A stretch of DNA of 64,000 nt, from NCBI RefSeq assembly GCF_009914755.1, contig NC_060926.1; one strand, 5' to 3'. A program made the position numbers and the translations under genes. This DNA is from the human T2T-CHM13v2.0 reference genome, Homo sapiens. Under the pieces are notes generated by a model, which was given only the letters and a program-made list of their open reading frames with translations, did no database searches and was not told where the DNA came from. Positions 30,595-46,022 of this stretch are shown here, in pieces; position 1 is the first letter of the stretch, and every line of letters starts with the position of its first letter.

Positions 30595-31081
30595 CATTAA
30601 AGTAAATAGAAGTCAAGATCAGGTTGAAGAGTTTCTGAGCAAACAAAGCCAGTTAGGCCTTATAAGTTACCTTAGGCTTGCTTGATTTGCAAACATAAGC
30701 AAAACTTAACTTGAGCTATTTCTTGTAAATGGCTGTATTAAAAACAACAATGACAATAACAGAACTTAAGCTCAACCAATCAGAAACAGCCAAGTAACTT
30801 ATAATCTGTAACTAGGAATTTTCCAGTGGAAAAGACTAAATAAGGCAACCCAGTAAGGTTATACCTAAGTATAAACACTGTTATACTGGATAAGGTATAA
30901 TAACAACCAATCAAGTATTTTCTTTCCTTTACTGCAGTGTCTGTTCTATAAAAGCATCTTTCTTTTTCCTTGGTTGGGCTCCTGGACCACTTCTGATTTG
31001 GAGCTGCCCAATTCATGAATCATTGTTTACTTAAATACACTCTTTAAAAATTTTACTGTGCCTTAGTTTACCTTTTAAACA
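30595..31081 (+). mobile_element. ERV1 LTR (MER57/MER101-like)
   Basis: Two AACCAATCA boxes, CTATAAAAG, GGAGCTGCCCAATTCATGAATCATTGTT and ...TTTACCTTTTAAACA terminus; exact family uncertain. Confidence 0.7.
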
Positions 31082-32179
31082 TCATTATATGGAACACCCC
31101 AAATAGGAACAAGAAGAAGATAAAGTACAGAATATATTCTGGAAAATATGATAATCAGTGTAATAATAGCTATGATCTATGTTTGAATTTATAATATCTG
31201 GCAGAAATAAATTTTCCACGTTGTCCTATATTAAAATCATCTGCCAGAATTTAAGTGAGCTGGATTTAGTGTCCATTTTTTATTTTTAAGGATAAGGAGC
31301 AGTTGACAAAAAAAAATAAAGTTAATTGACTATGTCTTAAGTACAGCTCTAAAGTGTTACTAATAATTATACCATCACACAGTTATTGACCTAATTTTGA
31401 TTCTCAATTCTTGCTGGTTTTTGTTTGTATATGAGAAATAAATTTTAGTTTTATTATAAATGAAGGAACGCTTTGTTTCACTCTGTTACTTCTCTCTTAT
31501 CTTTTTTTTTTTGTGGAGAGTTAGAGCGAACAAGCCATTTCTTCTATTTTTTGTTTCTTGTCATACAAAAGAGCAAAAGGGTTTTTCTTTCCTTGTTTTA
31601 TTTTACAAATGATGGTCAACATTACCAAACCTATTGTTTGAGGTATAGTGGCCAAAATATGCCATTTCTTATGCCTGGCAAAAAATTATAGGGATTGCTT
31701 TGTGGCTATATCCACATGCAATTATCATAAATTGCTTGTAAACTGAGATTGCATGAATAAACATCATGGGCAGATACAAATCATTCGTGGAATACTTTCT
31801 AGTCACCTGAAAAATATTTTAGCATCAAGAATAAGCTCAGTCAGGAGTATTCACTAATGTGTAGATACTGTGGATTGAAAACTATCTGCAGAGATCAAAT
31901 ACCTAAAACATCCATTGTTTGTAAGTCTAGTATAAAAGATAAGCAGTGACAATTTTTAGGATTACATTAAAGAAAACAAAAAATAGTGAGCAAATTCTTG
32001 AGTATTAAGAATAGCAAGAATAGAATAGCAAAATTGTTTTTTACTTGGTGTACTTTAGTATGATGAGGGAATACTTTATTAAATTTTACTTTAGGGAATC
32101 TAAGGAAAAATAGTTTAGAGAATTTTTTGTTACGAAAGAATACATGGTAATATATCATTTAATCACATGTGTAGATTCT

Positions 32180-32625
32180 TGTGACTACCACCAGTAGCAG
32201 TGGTAAAAGTCCTGACTTTCAGCAAGCCCTCTTCTGATTTTCCCTAGCAAGAAGTGGAGGGTTGCCACATTTCTACCAGGTGAAGATGGAAGTCCAAGCT
32301 CCCCATCTAGTCCCAGCTGACACCATGGGAAGGAATCCTTTCACTGCCAGTGTGAATGAAATTTTAGCGGCCTACTTGAACACCTCTGATACCCATCCTC
32401 ATGGGGAACCTGGGTTGCCTCATTATAGCCTGGCAAATGTGGAAGTCTCCAATCTCCATTCAAACTTAGTTGCTGTGAGTTTGAATGGATGGCATCATAA
32501 TTTTTTCTGACAGAGTAGAGCAGTTAATGTCAAAAAGTTTTCTGTCTGCTAGGCTACCCCATTTCCTACTCTTTTTGGGTGTCTGTCTTTTGGCTAGAAA
32601 GAACGTTTATCCAAAAGACCTTCTT
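32180..32625 (-). mobile_element. MER21-like LTR fragment
   Basis: GATGGAAGTCCAAGCTCCCCA, CTCTGATACC, AAAAGTTTTCTGTCTGCTAGGCTACCCC motifs. Confidence 0.65.
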
Positions 32626-33019
32626 TTTTTTGCCATTGCTCTGCAGTGCTAGCTTTTACATAAATCAAATCTCAGTTTTTCTGGGACTCTTTCTATTTCA
32701 TTGTTCCATTTATCTGTCTTACACACATATCTTAAATTCCTAATCGTATAATAGTCTTAATTTCAGGCAGAGTCTATCTGCTTCTCTCCTATTTCTTCTA
32801 TTAATTTTGATCTTCTTAATGTCTCTCAATATTTTAATTTTTTAGTTTAGACATCTTGCACATTTTTGTTAGAATTATTCCTAGTCTATTCGATTCCTTT
32901 TTCTGTGCTTATTTTCCATAATTGAAATTACCAACAATATGATAAATCATATTTATGGAATGCAAACTCAATATTATAAATGTTTATTTTCTCTCTAAAT
33001 CAATTTATATTTTTAATAG

Positions 33020-33400
<381 letters not shown>

Positions 33401-35971
33401 TGATACTCACATATTTCCCAAAATGTTATAAAAAATATTAAGCATCATTGAAAAACCGATTCTATCAGGTATGAAACCATCTTTCTTAAACATTCCTGTA
33501 TTGATTGGCAATTTGAATAGATTTCAGTTAGTTTTAAGATTTACATTGACAGGTTTGAGGTAGCTTCAATTTTCTCAGGTAATTCATCTATGTTATCTTA
33601 TTCTCACTGACATTAATGTAACGATGCAAAACATAAAGCTTTATAAAGGGGAGATGTTAGATTCTGTGACAAAACTCTTTCCTGTTCCTATTTTACTTAC
33701 TAATCAGAGTTAAGAAGATTACACTTTTGGGGGCTTTTGGGCTGGCTGAGGTACAAGGAAGGTGCAATCTGATGGATAAGAGTTTTCAGACTCCAGCTGA
33801 GAGTAGTTAGAAAGGGCAGTGCTTGACAAGAATCTACACTTGAGTGGAGAGCAAAGCCTGTAACTCAGAAAAATAATGATTCTGCTTAAATCCAATCTGA
33901 TGTTCATTCTATAACAAGCAAAGGGATTTTCTGTAGAAACAGGTAAGATATGACCTCATCTTTTTATCTTTTTCTCTTAGAATTCTTTATTTATCTGGGA
34001 TAAATTACTTCCTCCTTCAGATTTGTATTTATAGTAGTGGGATATCCAGTATTTATACTTAGATAAACACATGAATACATTACTGGGAAAGGCATTTTAT
34101 AAGCCAAACAACACTGGAATGTAAGTCCTGATGACAGAGTTTCATGTCACCATCATACAAACTGTACACATCAACATACAATTCATAAAAATCATGTTGA
34201 ATAAATTTTGGCTTATTATTTAATATACATAGGATTCACTTTTCCACTTTAGAACATGAAAATTTGTTTATGCAAAAAATAAAGTTCTTTCTGATTGAGC
34301 ACACACATCTATTAACTTCCTTCTGAAAATTTTATTGTGTCATTCCCCCAACCATTTGCTCACAGTTTAAAACATACTGCTCTTGGCCAGGAATAAGCAA
34401 TGTATTCTTTTACTCTTTTTATAAAATCAAAAAATTGAAATCAATGGAGCATAGTAGTGGTATAAATAATGCAGAATCAAAGTTGCAATAAGTGTGGAAT
34501 TTTAATGAATTTTGATGGATAATTGAGAGAAGCACAACTATTTCTTGTCTCTTAATTTAGTGCCATTTTTTAACCCTTTTAACTTTTTGTAATATTGTGC
34601 ACACATTTTACAATCTAGATGTTTATTAATTATTTTCACTTGTCAGTCATAAGCTTTTTAAATCAAATCACCTGGAAACAGTTTGTTTTGAGTCGACTAA
34701 TGCATAATTCATTTTTATATTCATGAGTTATTCATGGAGTTTCTTGCAATGCCAAAGAAGATTAAAGTGCAATACTGTGTGAGTGTGTGTGTGTGGTGTG
34801 TGCGTGTATGCATGCACATGTGGGTTGAAAGAAAGGGAGAATGAATGTGACAGCAAACTACAGGTGTTGAGGGAAAAAAGGCCTTACTCCTATGAAATTG
34901 AGCTCATTTATCTTCCTTCCCATTTTATCCTAGCTTCTTCATCTTCCTCCCACCAAAATGTAATACTAGTATGGGTTAGTGTTTCCCAGTAGGATGAAAT
35001 GTAGTTGCTCATTCAAATTCCTCAAACCAAAAAGCAATCAATACACTATGGCAGGTATGTTGTTCTAGAAGAAAATTGTTTTTGTGCATCTTAAAGGAAG
35101 AGCAATGAGTATCTGGGTGAAGAAAATCCACCCTGGAAGTAACTACATTTATCTTTCTTCAAGAGAAAAATTATAAAAAACAAAAAAAGTTAACTGTAAA
35201 ACAATGATTAACTTAAATCTCTTTCATAGGCATTATATAACACCATCCCAAAGGAAAAGTACATCAGTAACCTAGAGAAAGTAAGAGAATGCTGTGTAAA
35301 GCTCAAGGAAAATGTGGATGTTCAGTGCATTTAAATTACATACCCAAGTTGATATTCAGTTTATTTAGGGATGTATGCATTTCTTTTTTAATGTGTACTA
35401 AATTTGCAGTAGGATGAGTAGCAATGGAAGTCTAAATTTAAGATAAATAGTTTCCTGCTTGTTAACATTAAATTGACTCTGTAAAGATTTTAATGTAAGA
35501 TGAGGTGGGACTTAAGGCACCAGGAAATAAACATCATTAGACGTATTGAGGACTCTCTGACACTTCAACATGTGACTATATCTGAAGGATGAATATATAA
35601 ATTTTCATATAGGTGAACGACTTTGAGAAAAGAAAACATTTGTAGAAACTGTTGGGTTGAGATAGTCCAAATTGAAGTTGAATTTGGAGTAAAAGTCCCT
35701 ACCACCAAACTCACCAAAGAGATTACATGACCAGTTATATGGACTTTATTTAATTCAAATTCAGTAATAATATTGTGTGCTAAATAACCTAGTTATATTC
35801 TATATATCAGTATATGATATACGTATGTTGTATATGACCAGGACTAGGGGGAAGTGACAGGGACTTTTCTTGAGTGCAAAATTTAATGAGATGACAAAAC
35901 AGTAATCAAGATAGATACTTATTTTTATAGATATATTTTTATTTAAGTTGATTTATATGAAACTAATAATT

Positions 35972-36534
35972 ATTTTTAAAATAATTTCCACTTTTAGGTT
36001 CAGGGGATACTTGTATATGTTTATTACATGAGTATATTGCATGACACTGAGGTTTGAGGTATAAATGATCCCATCATCCAGGTGGTGAGCATAGTACCCA
36101 ATAGGTAGTTTTTCAGCCCTTGCCCCTACTCTCTCTCCCCTTCCAGTAGTTCCCAGTATCTGTCATTCCCATCTTTATGTCCATGTATACCCAAAGTTTA
36201 GCACTCACTTATAAGTGAGAACATGTGATATTTGGTTTTCTGTTTTGTGTTAATTTTCTTAGGATAATGGCCTTCAGCTGCATCCATTTTGCTACAAAGG
36301 ATATGATCTCATTCTTGTTTATGACTGTGTAGTATTCCATGATGTATCTATACTACATTTTCTTTATCCAGTCTTCCGTTGATGGACATTTAGATTGATG
36401 CCATGTCTGCTATTGTGAATAGTGGTGCAATGAACATCTGAGTGCAGACATATTTTTGGTAGAATGATTAATTTTCCTTTGGGTATATGCCCAGTAATGG
36501 AATTGCTGGGTCAAATGGTAGTTCTGTTTTAAGT
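35972..36534 (-). mobile_element. 5'-truncated L1 3' end (L1PA13-16/L1PB-like)
   Basis: CCAGGTGGTGAGCATAGTACCCAATAGGTAG, CACTTATAAGTGAGAACATG, CCCAGTAATGGAATTGCTGGGTCAAATGGTAG. Confidence 0.9.
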
Positions 36535-37423
36535 AAAGATCAAAATGTAAATTAAAGATAGGATAGGCATATGCTTATTTATGCATTCTAATGTGCTGCA
36601 CCTGCCTAGTTAATGAGCTTGCAGACCCATGATCAAGCCCTCATCCTAAACAGTTTTATAACTTTTGAACACAAAAACACAATATTAAATTTGGCATAAT
36701 TTCACAATTTTCTTTGCATATGTATGTTCTTAGCACAATATATCAGGTCCTTCGCAGCTCCACAGAGTCCGTTGTTTGGCGGCAGCAATTCTAAGCTATC
36801 TTTTTGGAAAATCAAGGCACCTGAGGAGCTTCCCTTTGCATTCTTTCCTAGCATGGGTGGCATGAGTAATACTGATTTCTAATAACATTAAATTGTGTCT
36901 CTATTACAGAAGCAACCAGAGAAGCCACTCACTTTTTGCAGAATTGTGCAATGTATGTATATGCAATTGAAAGTTGCTAAGATATTTTATAACCATAAAA
37001 GCAGAATTTTGATCTGTTAAGTAGAATAGATGCAGGATTTTAACATGGAAACTTTACTCTTAGATGGACCAGTGGAGAGATGGAGAGAAAAATGGGTTTT
37101 AGTACAGTCCTACAACTTTAAAATTAAGATCCTTCCAAATAGAAATTACCTCACAAATTTAAAACATTACACAAAATATTTTTGATTGTTGTAGTCAATT
37201 TAAATCGTATTCTTATCAGAATAGAAAATGTGCTAATTGATACTAGCAATTTATTTGACATCATTGTTTTGATATTGAAATGAGATTGTTCTTTAAGTGA
37301 TTGTATGTTGATACTATTTTATCTTTATTTTAAATGTAATAGTTGACACCTGCAAATAATGTATCTATAATATGTTTTATTTATATAGCATGATAATACA
37401 TGGAAAATCATGAACATGTCATT

Positions 37424-37865
37424 TGTGAAAGGAAAAAAATCTTGGAACCCCAAAATAACTAAGCTAAAAGGAAAAGTCAAGATGGAAACTGCTTAGGGCA
37501 AATTTGCCTCCCATTCTATTCAAAGTCATTCCTTTGTTCACTGAGATAAATGTAGATCTGATTGTCTCTTTGGAAAGTTTAATCAGAAACTCAAAAGAAT
37601 GCAACCATTTTTCTCTTATCTACCTATGACCTGGAAGCCCCCTCTCAAGTTGTCCCACCTTTCTGAACCAAACCAGTGTCCATCTTACCTATAATGATTG
37701 ATGACTCATGTCTCCCTAAAATCTATAAAACCAAGCTGGGCCCTGATCACCTTGGGCACATGTCATCAGACCCTCCTGAGACTGTGTCATGGGCGTGCAT
37801 TCTTAACTTTGGCAAAATAAACTTCCTAAATTTACTGAAACCAGCTAAGATATCTGGGGTTCACA
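37424..37865 (+). mobile_element. ERV1 solo LTR, MER4A-like (complete)
   Basis: TGTGAAAGG...GGGTTCACA termini, AATAAA, perfect 4-bp TSD CATT (37420-37423, 37866-37869). Confidence 0.92.
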
Positions 37866-38599
37866 CATTCAACTACACTAAATGAAATGTGTGTACACAA
37901 TACATTTTTTATTTATAGACTCGATCACGATTTCCCAACATTTAATAATACGTTTAGCCCAATTAAATTTATTGTGATTTACATTAAAGTTGGGTTCACT
38001 ATTTCCATGCCTTATTTCTTATTGCTGCCTTTTTGTTAATTAATATTTGTTTTACTATTTTAAAAATTTTGTTTTTTTAATTTATTTTACATCTGCTGGT
38101 CTAGTATTTATACAGACTCTGATCTAGTCATCCATAAAACTTTAATGTGCATATTTAATGATGTCTAAATTTAAATAACATTCTAAACCCTCTCCTTCAT
38201 CTTTTTCTTGTGTCCTGAGCTTGGCACTCCAACTGCTGGAACCAAGATATGATTTTTTTTAAGTGAATGGTTGGGTTCTTGCAGACCTCTTTTGCCATCT
38301 CTGGGTTCATCACTGCTACGAAGAATATATCTTATTCATAAAATAGGTGTTCTATTGGCATAGGTAACTTCAGGGCACCTGTCATACCATACGCATATAA
38401 TTGGAAGTCTGTTTATGTTATCTTTATCAGGTAATGAATGATATGGCTTTATATGGCTATGTTGAATTCATTTTGTTGGTTTGTTTTTGCAAAACTCTCT
38501 ACTGATTAATTATATTTGAATTCCAATATTTCCCACTAGATTAGAGGTGTCAAAGTCACCTAATACTGAGCTTTGTTTAGATGATCATTATTTAATAAA

Positions 38600-38890
38600 A
38601 TTATTTTTTATTTTATATATAGTGAAATGATTAGCACAATTAAGTTAGTTAACACACCTATGACCTCACCTAAGTACCATTTTTCTTGTGTGTAAAATAG
38701 TATTTAAGATCTACGGTCTTAGCAAATTTCAAGTGTACAATACATTATTGTTAACTGAAGTTACCATTCTGTACATTAGCTCCTGGGAATTTATTCACCT
38801 TATAACAAAGTTTATACCTTTTCGCCAGTATCTTCTGATTTCCATTACCTTCTTGTCCATAAAATCATCATTCTATTCTGTTTCAGGAAA
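38600..38890 (-). mobile_element. L1MA9/10-like 3' end fragment
   Basis: TTAAGATCTAC..TCTTAGCAAATTTCAAGTGTACAATACATTATTGTTAACT...TGTACATTAG. Confidence 0.75.
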
Positions 38891-39344
38891 TTCTAATTAT
38901 ACCAAAATTAATTGGTGTATTCCTATTTATAAGTCTTCTGAGCTAAATTGAATTAGTTTATAATTAAATAAATCATACATGCTATTGTGACTTTCAGTGT
39001 ACTTCTATCTTCTTAATACAGTCATTACCAATTATTCTAAATTGCTTTTGTATCTCTGTAGATTTCTTATCCATAATTATACACTTGTGAGTTTTTTGTG
39101 ATTTTTTAATATTTTTGATTATTTTGTCTTAAATTTACCTATTAACAGAATTATTAGTTTTATTAGTTATACTTTTCCCCCTCTTTTAAAATTCATTTAC
39201 ATATTCTTTAGTTGTTCCCATCTCTAGGCACATTTTTGTTTACCTTCTAATAGCTTGCTTTAAAGAGTTAAATTATCATCTCTGAGGCATTCCTGAAATC
39301 ATGTCACATATGATTTAATCATATAATTGTTGTCTTAGTGGCAC

Positions 39345-39570
39345 TACAAATCTTGGTTCTTCTCTTCCAGTCACTGTCTTTGTGACTTTTGGCACATCAC
39401 CCCTAGTCTGCCTCAGTCAACTCTTCTCTAAGAAAAAATTGATAATAAGGATATAAGTACCTCATACAGAAGTTATTAGGATAAATGAGGTAATAAATGC
39501 AAACTGTGCTTGGCAAACTGTAAGGTTTACATAGATATTACATTTTAGTGTTGTCATCATTATTATCATA
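39345..39570 (+). mobile_element. MIR SINE
   Basis: TGTGACTTTTGGCAC...CTGCCTCAGT...TACCTCATA...AGGATAAATGAGGTAAT...GCTTGGCAAACTGTAA. Confidence 0.65.
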
Positions 39571-39929
39571 GTTTTTTTTCACATTATGAGAATCTTCTTA
39601 AAGTGTCTATAAGTTAGCTTTAGTGCTTTTTAAATTTTACTATTAATTTCTATGCATATTAGCTATGTTTATTGCTGTGTTTCGATAATGAATTCTATTT
39701 GCTTTTGCTATTGATTTTCATTTTCAATCTGGCCTTATAGAGAATTTTGTAAAACATTAGTTTCATTAAGACTACAAAAAAAGTGTACTGTATATGTGTA
39801 TGCAAACTTTTTCTTTACGTTATTTAGATCTTGTCTATTATATATTTTTGTTGAAATTTTTATGTTGCAAGTATCCTGTCTCATCATCTCTCAGGCACAT
39901 GAGGACGTTAAATTTCTTAACCTCTTTGG

Positions 39930-40590
<661 letters not shown>

Positions 40591-41591
40591 TAGTCATAAT
40601 GTCATCATCCAAGACAATAAAAAAGTAAAATAAAATAAAGTAAAACTAAACTTGAAATCGAACTTGAGGACAGAATGTATTTGAATTAATGAGCAAAAAG
40701 GGCAGTGTGTCAGGCCAGAGAGCACAGGCAAAGTTGCTGAGAGTTGGTGTAGAGATCAGCCTCCCAGCATCTACCAGGTAAAAGTTTGGACTATGAAAGG
40801 TGGCAAGAGGACTGGCCTGCACAAAAGGCCCTGCTTCCAGGATTCTCAGCTGGTCAAATTGGTGACAGAGAAAACAGTGAAACTTAGCTGCAAGACATGA
40901 GTACAGGAGAGATGTAGAGGATGTAAAGGTTTCCAATCTTTACTCTGATCTAAGGCACTGATTACGATTTTCCAAGATTGCTACACTTCAGAGAAATGTA
41001 AAACTATCCAGGTTACTAATAACTATTGATTTTTGCACAGCAACTAGCAAGAGGGATTATAGTCAACTATTCATCCAAGATACAGGAATATATTATAAAT
41101 ATATCACATATGAAAATTGTGAAAAGAAATAAATATATCCATGTTTTATTCTAAAGTTCAGTGCTAATCGACTTTTTTAAAGAACTTACTGCCTTACAAA
41201 AAGCATTCTTACAAAAAGCCAATCAAATCTCAGGTGACTAGGTCAGTAGGGCAATTTAATGCCACTATGCCACTGTAGTTTCATTTACCAGACTCATGTG
41301 GTAAAACTGTAAAACAAACTAACAAAACAACAACAACAAAAGACTATCTAATAATTCTCTCTGGGTAAATTATAATCTTCCATGTATGTGATTTGACTGT
41401 GTAGCAATGTTGAGTTTGTCAATGACACAATGAAACTGCCAGGAAAGGTCAAGTAAGACATAATCACATGGAAGGATGTCCAAAAAATGGTCTTTAAAAA
41501 GACAAAGTGGATATAGGTGTCTATGAATAAGAAAAGGACCCTTATTCCAGAAAGCTGGGCAAGAAAGATGTAATCTCAAACTTTGAAGAAA

Positions 41592-41628
<37 letters not shown>

Positions 41629-43978
41629 AAACACATAATAAACTGTAAATTATAAATTTAAACTTGTTCTTCTTACCTTTAAATATAGTATATATTGATT
41701 TTTGCTGAAAATGTTTAAAGGATGAAAGAAAAAAGGAAGACTATTTCATCAAAGATTATTTATTGTCATTTTTAAGTGTTAGGCTCTATAAAGAATGCAG
41801 TAGACGTATGTAAGTGTGAATAAGATTAATAAAGTCCTTGCTGTCAGGGTGATGATAAGGGGAGCACTTTCAGAGTAGCATTCTCTGCAACATAGGCATT
41901 CTGCTGCACTTTTAAGACACTCAGGAATATATGCCCAGTGTTGGTTATTGCACTTCAAAGAGACTCCATTGTAAATCTGCTTTGGATTTTTGTTTATTTC
42001 TCGGGTTTCATTATTTTTGTTCTGAGATTAGTTAGATTCTAAACCGGTAGTTAGTCTTTCCTCATATATGAAGTATCTTCTTATGTGGTTAAGACTATCT
42101 TTTCAATATCCATCTTAGTCTCTAGCTGATGATCATCAAATAAGGCCTTAGTTAAACTAAACTAGTTCAGAAGTGATAGCTCATGTTAAATAGTTCTACA
42201 ATTTGGTCCAACATAGGAAAAGTAGATTTTCATCAGCTGATTTAGTTGAAGTCCTTTTCTTTTCTTTTCCTTTCTTTTCTTTTCTTTTTGATGTTATATT
42301 GTATTTCTTGTGAAATACCTTATTTCCAAGGTTGGCTATTCTTATCCTGTTATGATGTAAACTTAGGTTTCCTAAGCTATTTTTCTCTGCTTGGTATTAA
42401 CAGATTTTCATTTAAGGGAATGCAGAAAAATTCCATTAAAATGGAGGAGAGGTTTTAAACAATAGTCCAAAAATACTTAAAAGTATTGAGACATCAAATA
42501 TTTCTGTTTTAATAGAATCAAGAAGAAAAATACTTTGAAGGAAGGGAATTTATAAAGAACATTAATATTTTTGGGACATATCTTGGTCTTATAGATAAAC
42601 TATCAAAGAAGAAACCTTAGCACTGTTTCTTACTTTCTGTATGATTTGGAGCAACTTATTTAATTGCTCAAATATGGTAATCTCATAGAATTGCCTTTGT
42701 CATTACATGCAATAGCTGAATAGTTTTTTAAAGGTACTTTATAAAAATTTTAATGGAAAAAAAAAGAAGAAAGGCATATTTAAGGAAAACGACCTTTTAT
42801 ATGCTAAATGCCCAACTTCATTATTCTGAGATGTAATGCCAACAAGTAATTAGCAATATTTTGTTATAATATCATTGTATTATAAATTTATTAATATATT
42901 ACTGTTTATGTTTCTGTGTTCAGGAATAGTCTCCTAGGGCAAATATTTGATTTTTATAACTTGTCACCTTACAGCTCTTTTATTTTCACTTGTATAAAGA
43001 GCTAAAAGAAAGAGTTATCAAAATATACATGAGAAGCCTGTGCAGGTAGAGTATCTGAGATCATTATTCACCTAAGAAACCCTTGAATCAGCAACAGGAA
43101 CACTTTGGCATAATACCTTGCATTTTAGCTGTGTGCAGAAAATGGCCTAACAAGAGGAGATTTAATGTACAAATCTCTCGTTTGAGTTTGCCAAGCAACA
43201 TGTTATATCAATGAGCTTCCACTACTGAAATCTCCTGTGAAGGGGAGGAATGCTTCCGATACGAGTTATTATTTTCAAATATAGTTATTATTCAGAGGTT
43301 AAACATAAGTAAGTGTGTTTTTAAGGAGGGCACTACCATGTTGGTTTATTCTTCATTTACTCCTACGTCTTTATTTTTAACCCAGCCCCAAGCCCCAGAT
43401 GTATTAAATAATGGCAATTATCCTATCAGCTTGTCTTCTCTATTTGTCCCTATGGAAAACAGTTGCTGCAATGAATTAAAACATAAGTAATTCAGATAAA
43501 TACAGCTATTAAAGTAACTCTCCTTCATCAAGAAAGCCAGAACTGGTCCCACTTTCCTGGGTAATATAGGGATAGTTTCCCCAAATGTTTTTTTCTCTCC
43601 ACTTTTTAAGGAGCACTTTAAGTGTCACTTTACTGTTTGGCACAATTTCCATTGGTTATAACTGTGCCCATCACCCTCCTCACTATTGTTTCCCTCCATA
43701 ACCCACTCTCTCTCATGCACTGGCTCTGGAATTTTCCAAATTCTGAATCACTTGATCAACTCAACTTTACAAAGTATTTAAAATAATATTATATCAAAGT
43801 TAATATATAATAATGTTGATTTTGATATAAAATAATACTATGCCCATTGCAAATATTATACTGTGGATTTTTTAGTTTAATTTTATTTTTATAAGACTCT
43901 AAAGAAGGCATTCCTTGATTAAAGAGTCATTCCAGAACTCCGGAAAATATGTTTATAAATTTAGGCTTAGCTGTGCTA

Positions 43979-44283
<305 letters not shown>

Positions 44284-45059
44284 TAGCTGTGCATTTTTAA
44301 ATGAGAATTTGTATACAAATTTCTCAGTGGAACCCTAGAGGATAAATGGACCATGTCATGCTTCACGTCTTGCTGTGCTCTGTTGATGTCAGTGCTATTT
44401 GGACGAGAGCACTGTTGACTGTGATCCTATGTCTCATATGATTGCTTGTCTAGTTAAAATCAACATACACAAGTCCTGTCACAACATTTTGATGGTTTCA
44501 TGTAAGATTTGGAATTTAAATTGGTGTGTATTTGTTAGATGTCAATAATACTGTCAAATAAATGGTATTTTCTCTCCATTGAAACTGATAAACAATTGAA
44601 ATATTGGATGTAGCATAATATGGTTAGGAAACAAAAAGACAATACTGCCTAAAATGTGTTCTACTGACATGTCAATTGAAGAGTTTTTTAATAATAGAGA
44701 AAAAAATGAATAGAATTTCAATACAGTTTCCAAAATAGTGTGACATTTGAACTCTGGCATGCTCAATGGAATAGTATACAACCTTTAACAAAATGATAAC
44801 ATAATAATCTCGAATAAACAGCTATAATAGAATGTAATTAAAGTATGACCACACTTATTTAAGAAAAAAAACCACATACATGTTAGAAAAATAAATAAAA
44901 TAAAATCAGACCTTAAAAATTTGATCAATCTACTTAATCACCATGGTCTATTACACTTGAAAATTGTGACCATCTGGATTTTCATGGCATATCTATTAGG
45001 ACTATATATTGAGATGATCTCTGTCACCATGACTTAGTTCTTTGGTTCAGGGAAATATT

Positions 45060-45480
45060 TCTTATGAAAGATAAAACCCTAAACCAATAAATAATTTTAC
45101 TGTTTGTATTAGGAATTTCCTGCAGACCAATTATCTAGTACAACAGTCTCCTGACCTTAGGAAACTATTTAAGAAGCAATAGTTTAATATTTAAGACTAA
45201 CCACAAAACCTTTGCTTTGCCATGTCTGCCAATCCTAGAGTATTAACATCAGAGACCTTGTCCAGTCTCTAATAGTTCCTATCTTGGGAAAATCTACCAT
45301 AAAACACTAAGTCCAGACTCCAAAGTCTATAACTATCTACTTTGGCTCCCAACTTCTTAGATGCTACTAAGTGTCCTTAACTCTTTCAAGCTGGTGTTCC
45401 CCCTTATGGTAGTGAGTTATAACAAATTTAGCTCTGCTTTATTAATATGCTACATGTTTAGGAGAGTTCAATGGAATGTT
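45060..45480 (+). mobile_element. Old ERV1 LTR remnant (MER90/MER110-like)
   Basis: CTATAACTATC...GATGCTACTAAG...GGTGTTCCCCCTTA...AACAAATTTAGCTCTGCTTTAT; tentative. Confidence 0.4.
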
Positions 45481-45626
45481 AAAAGGCAAGCTGACTTTGA
45501 CTTGATCTTGAAAGTCAAGTTGACCTTTGTAGCAATAGACAAGGATATCAACCCATTTACTAATACCTTCCAAAATGGACTGGCATGCTTTCACTAGATT
45601 TTGTGTCCTTCAGTCCTAAAGCTTAA

Positions 45627-46022
<396 letters not shown>

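Noticed and set aside
36740-36800. Small GC/CpG-richer patch resembling a REST/RE1 site or an exon
   Set aside because: It matches TTCAGCACCnnGGACAG poorly and has no convincing splice-site pair or ORF.
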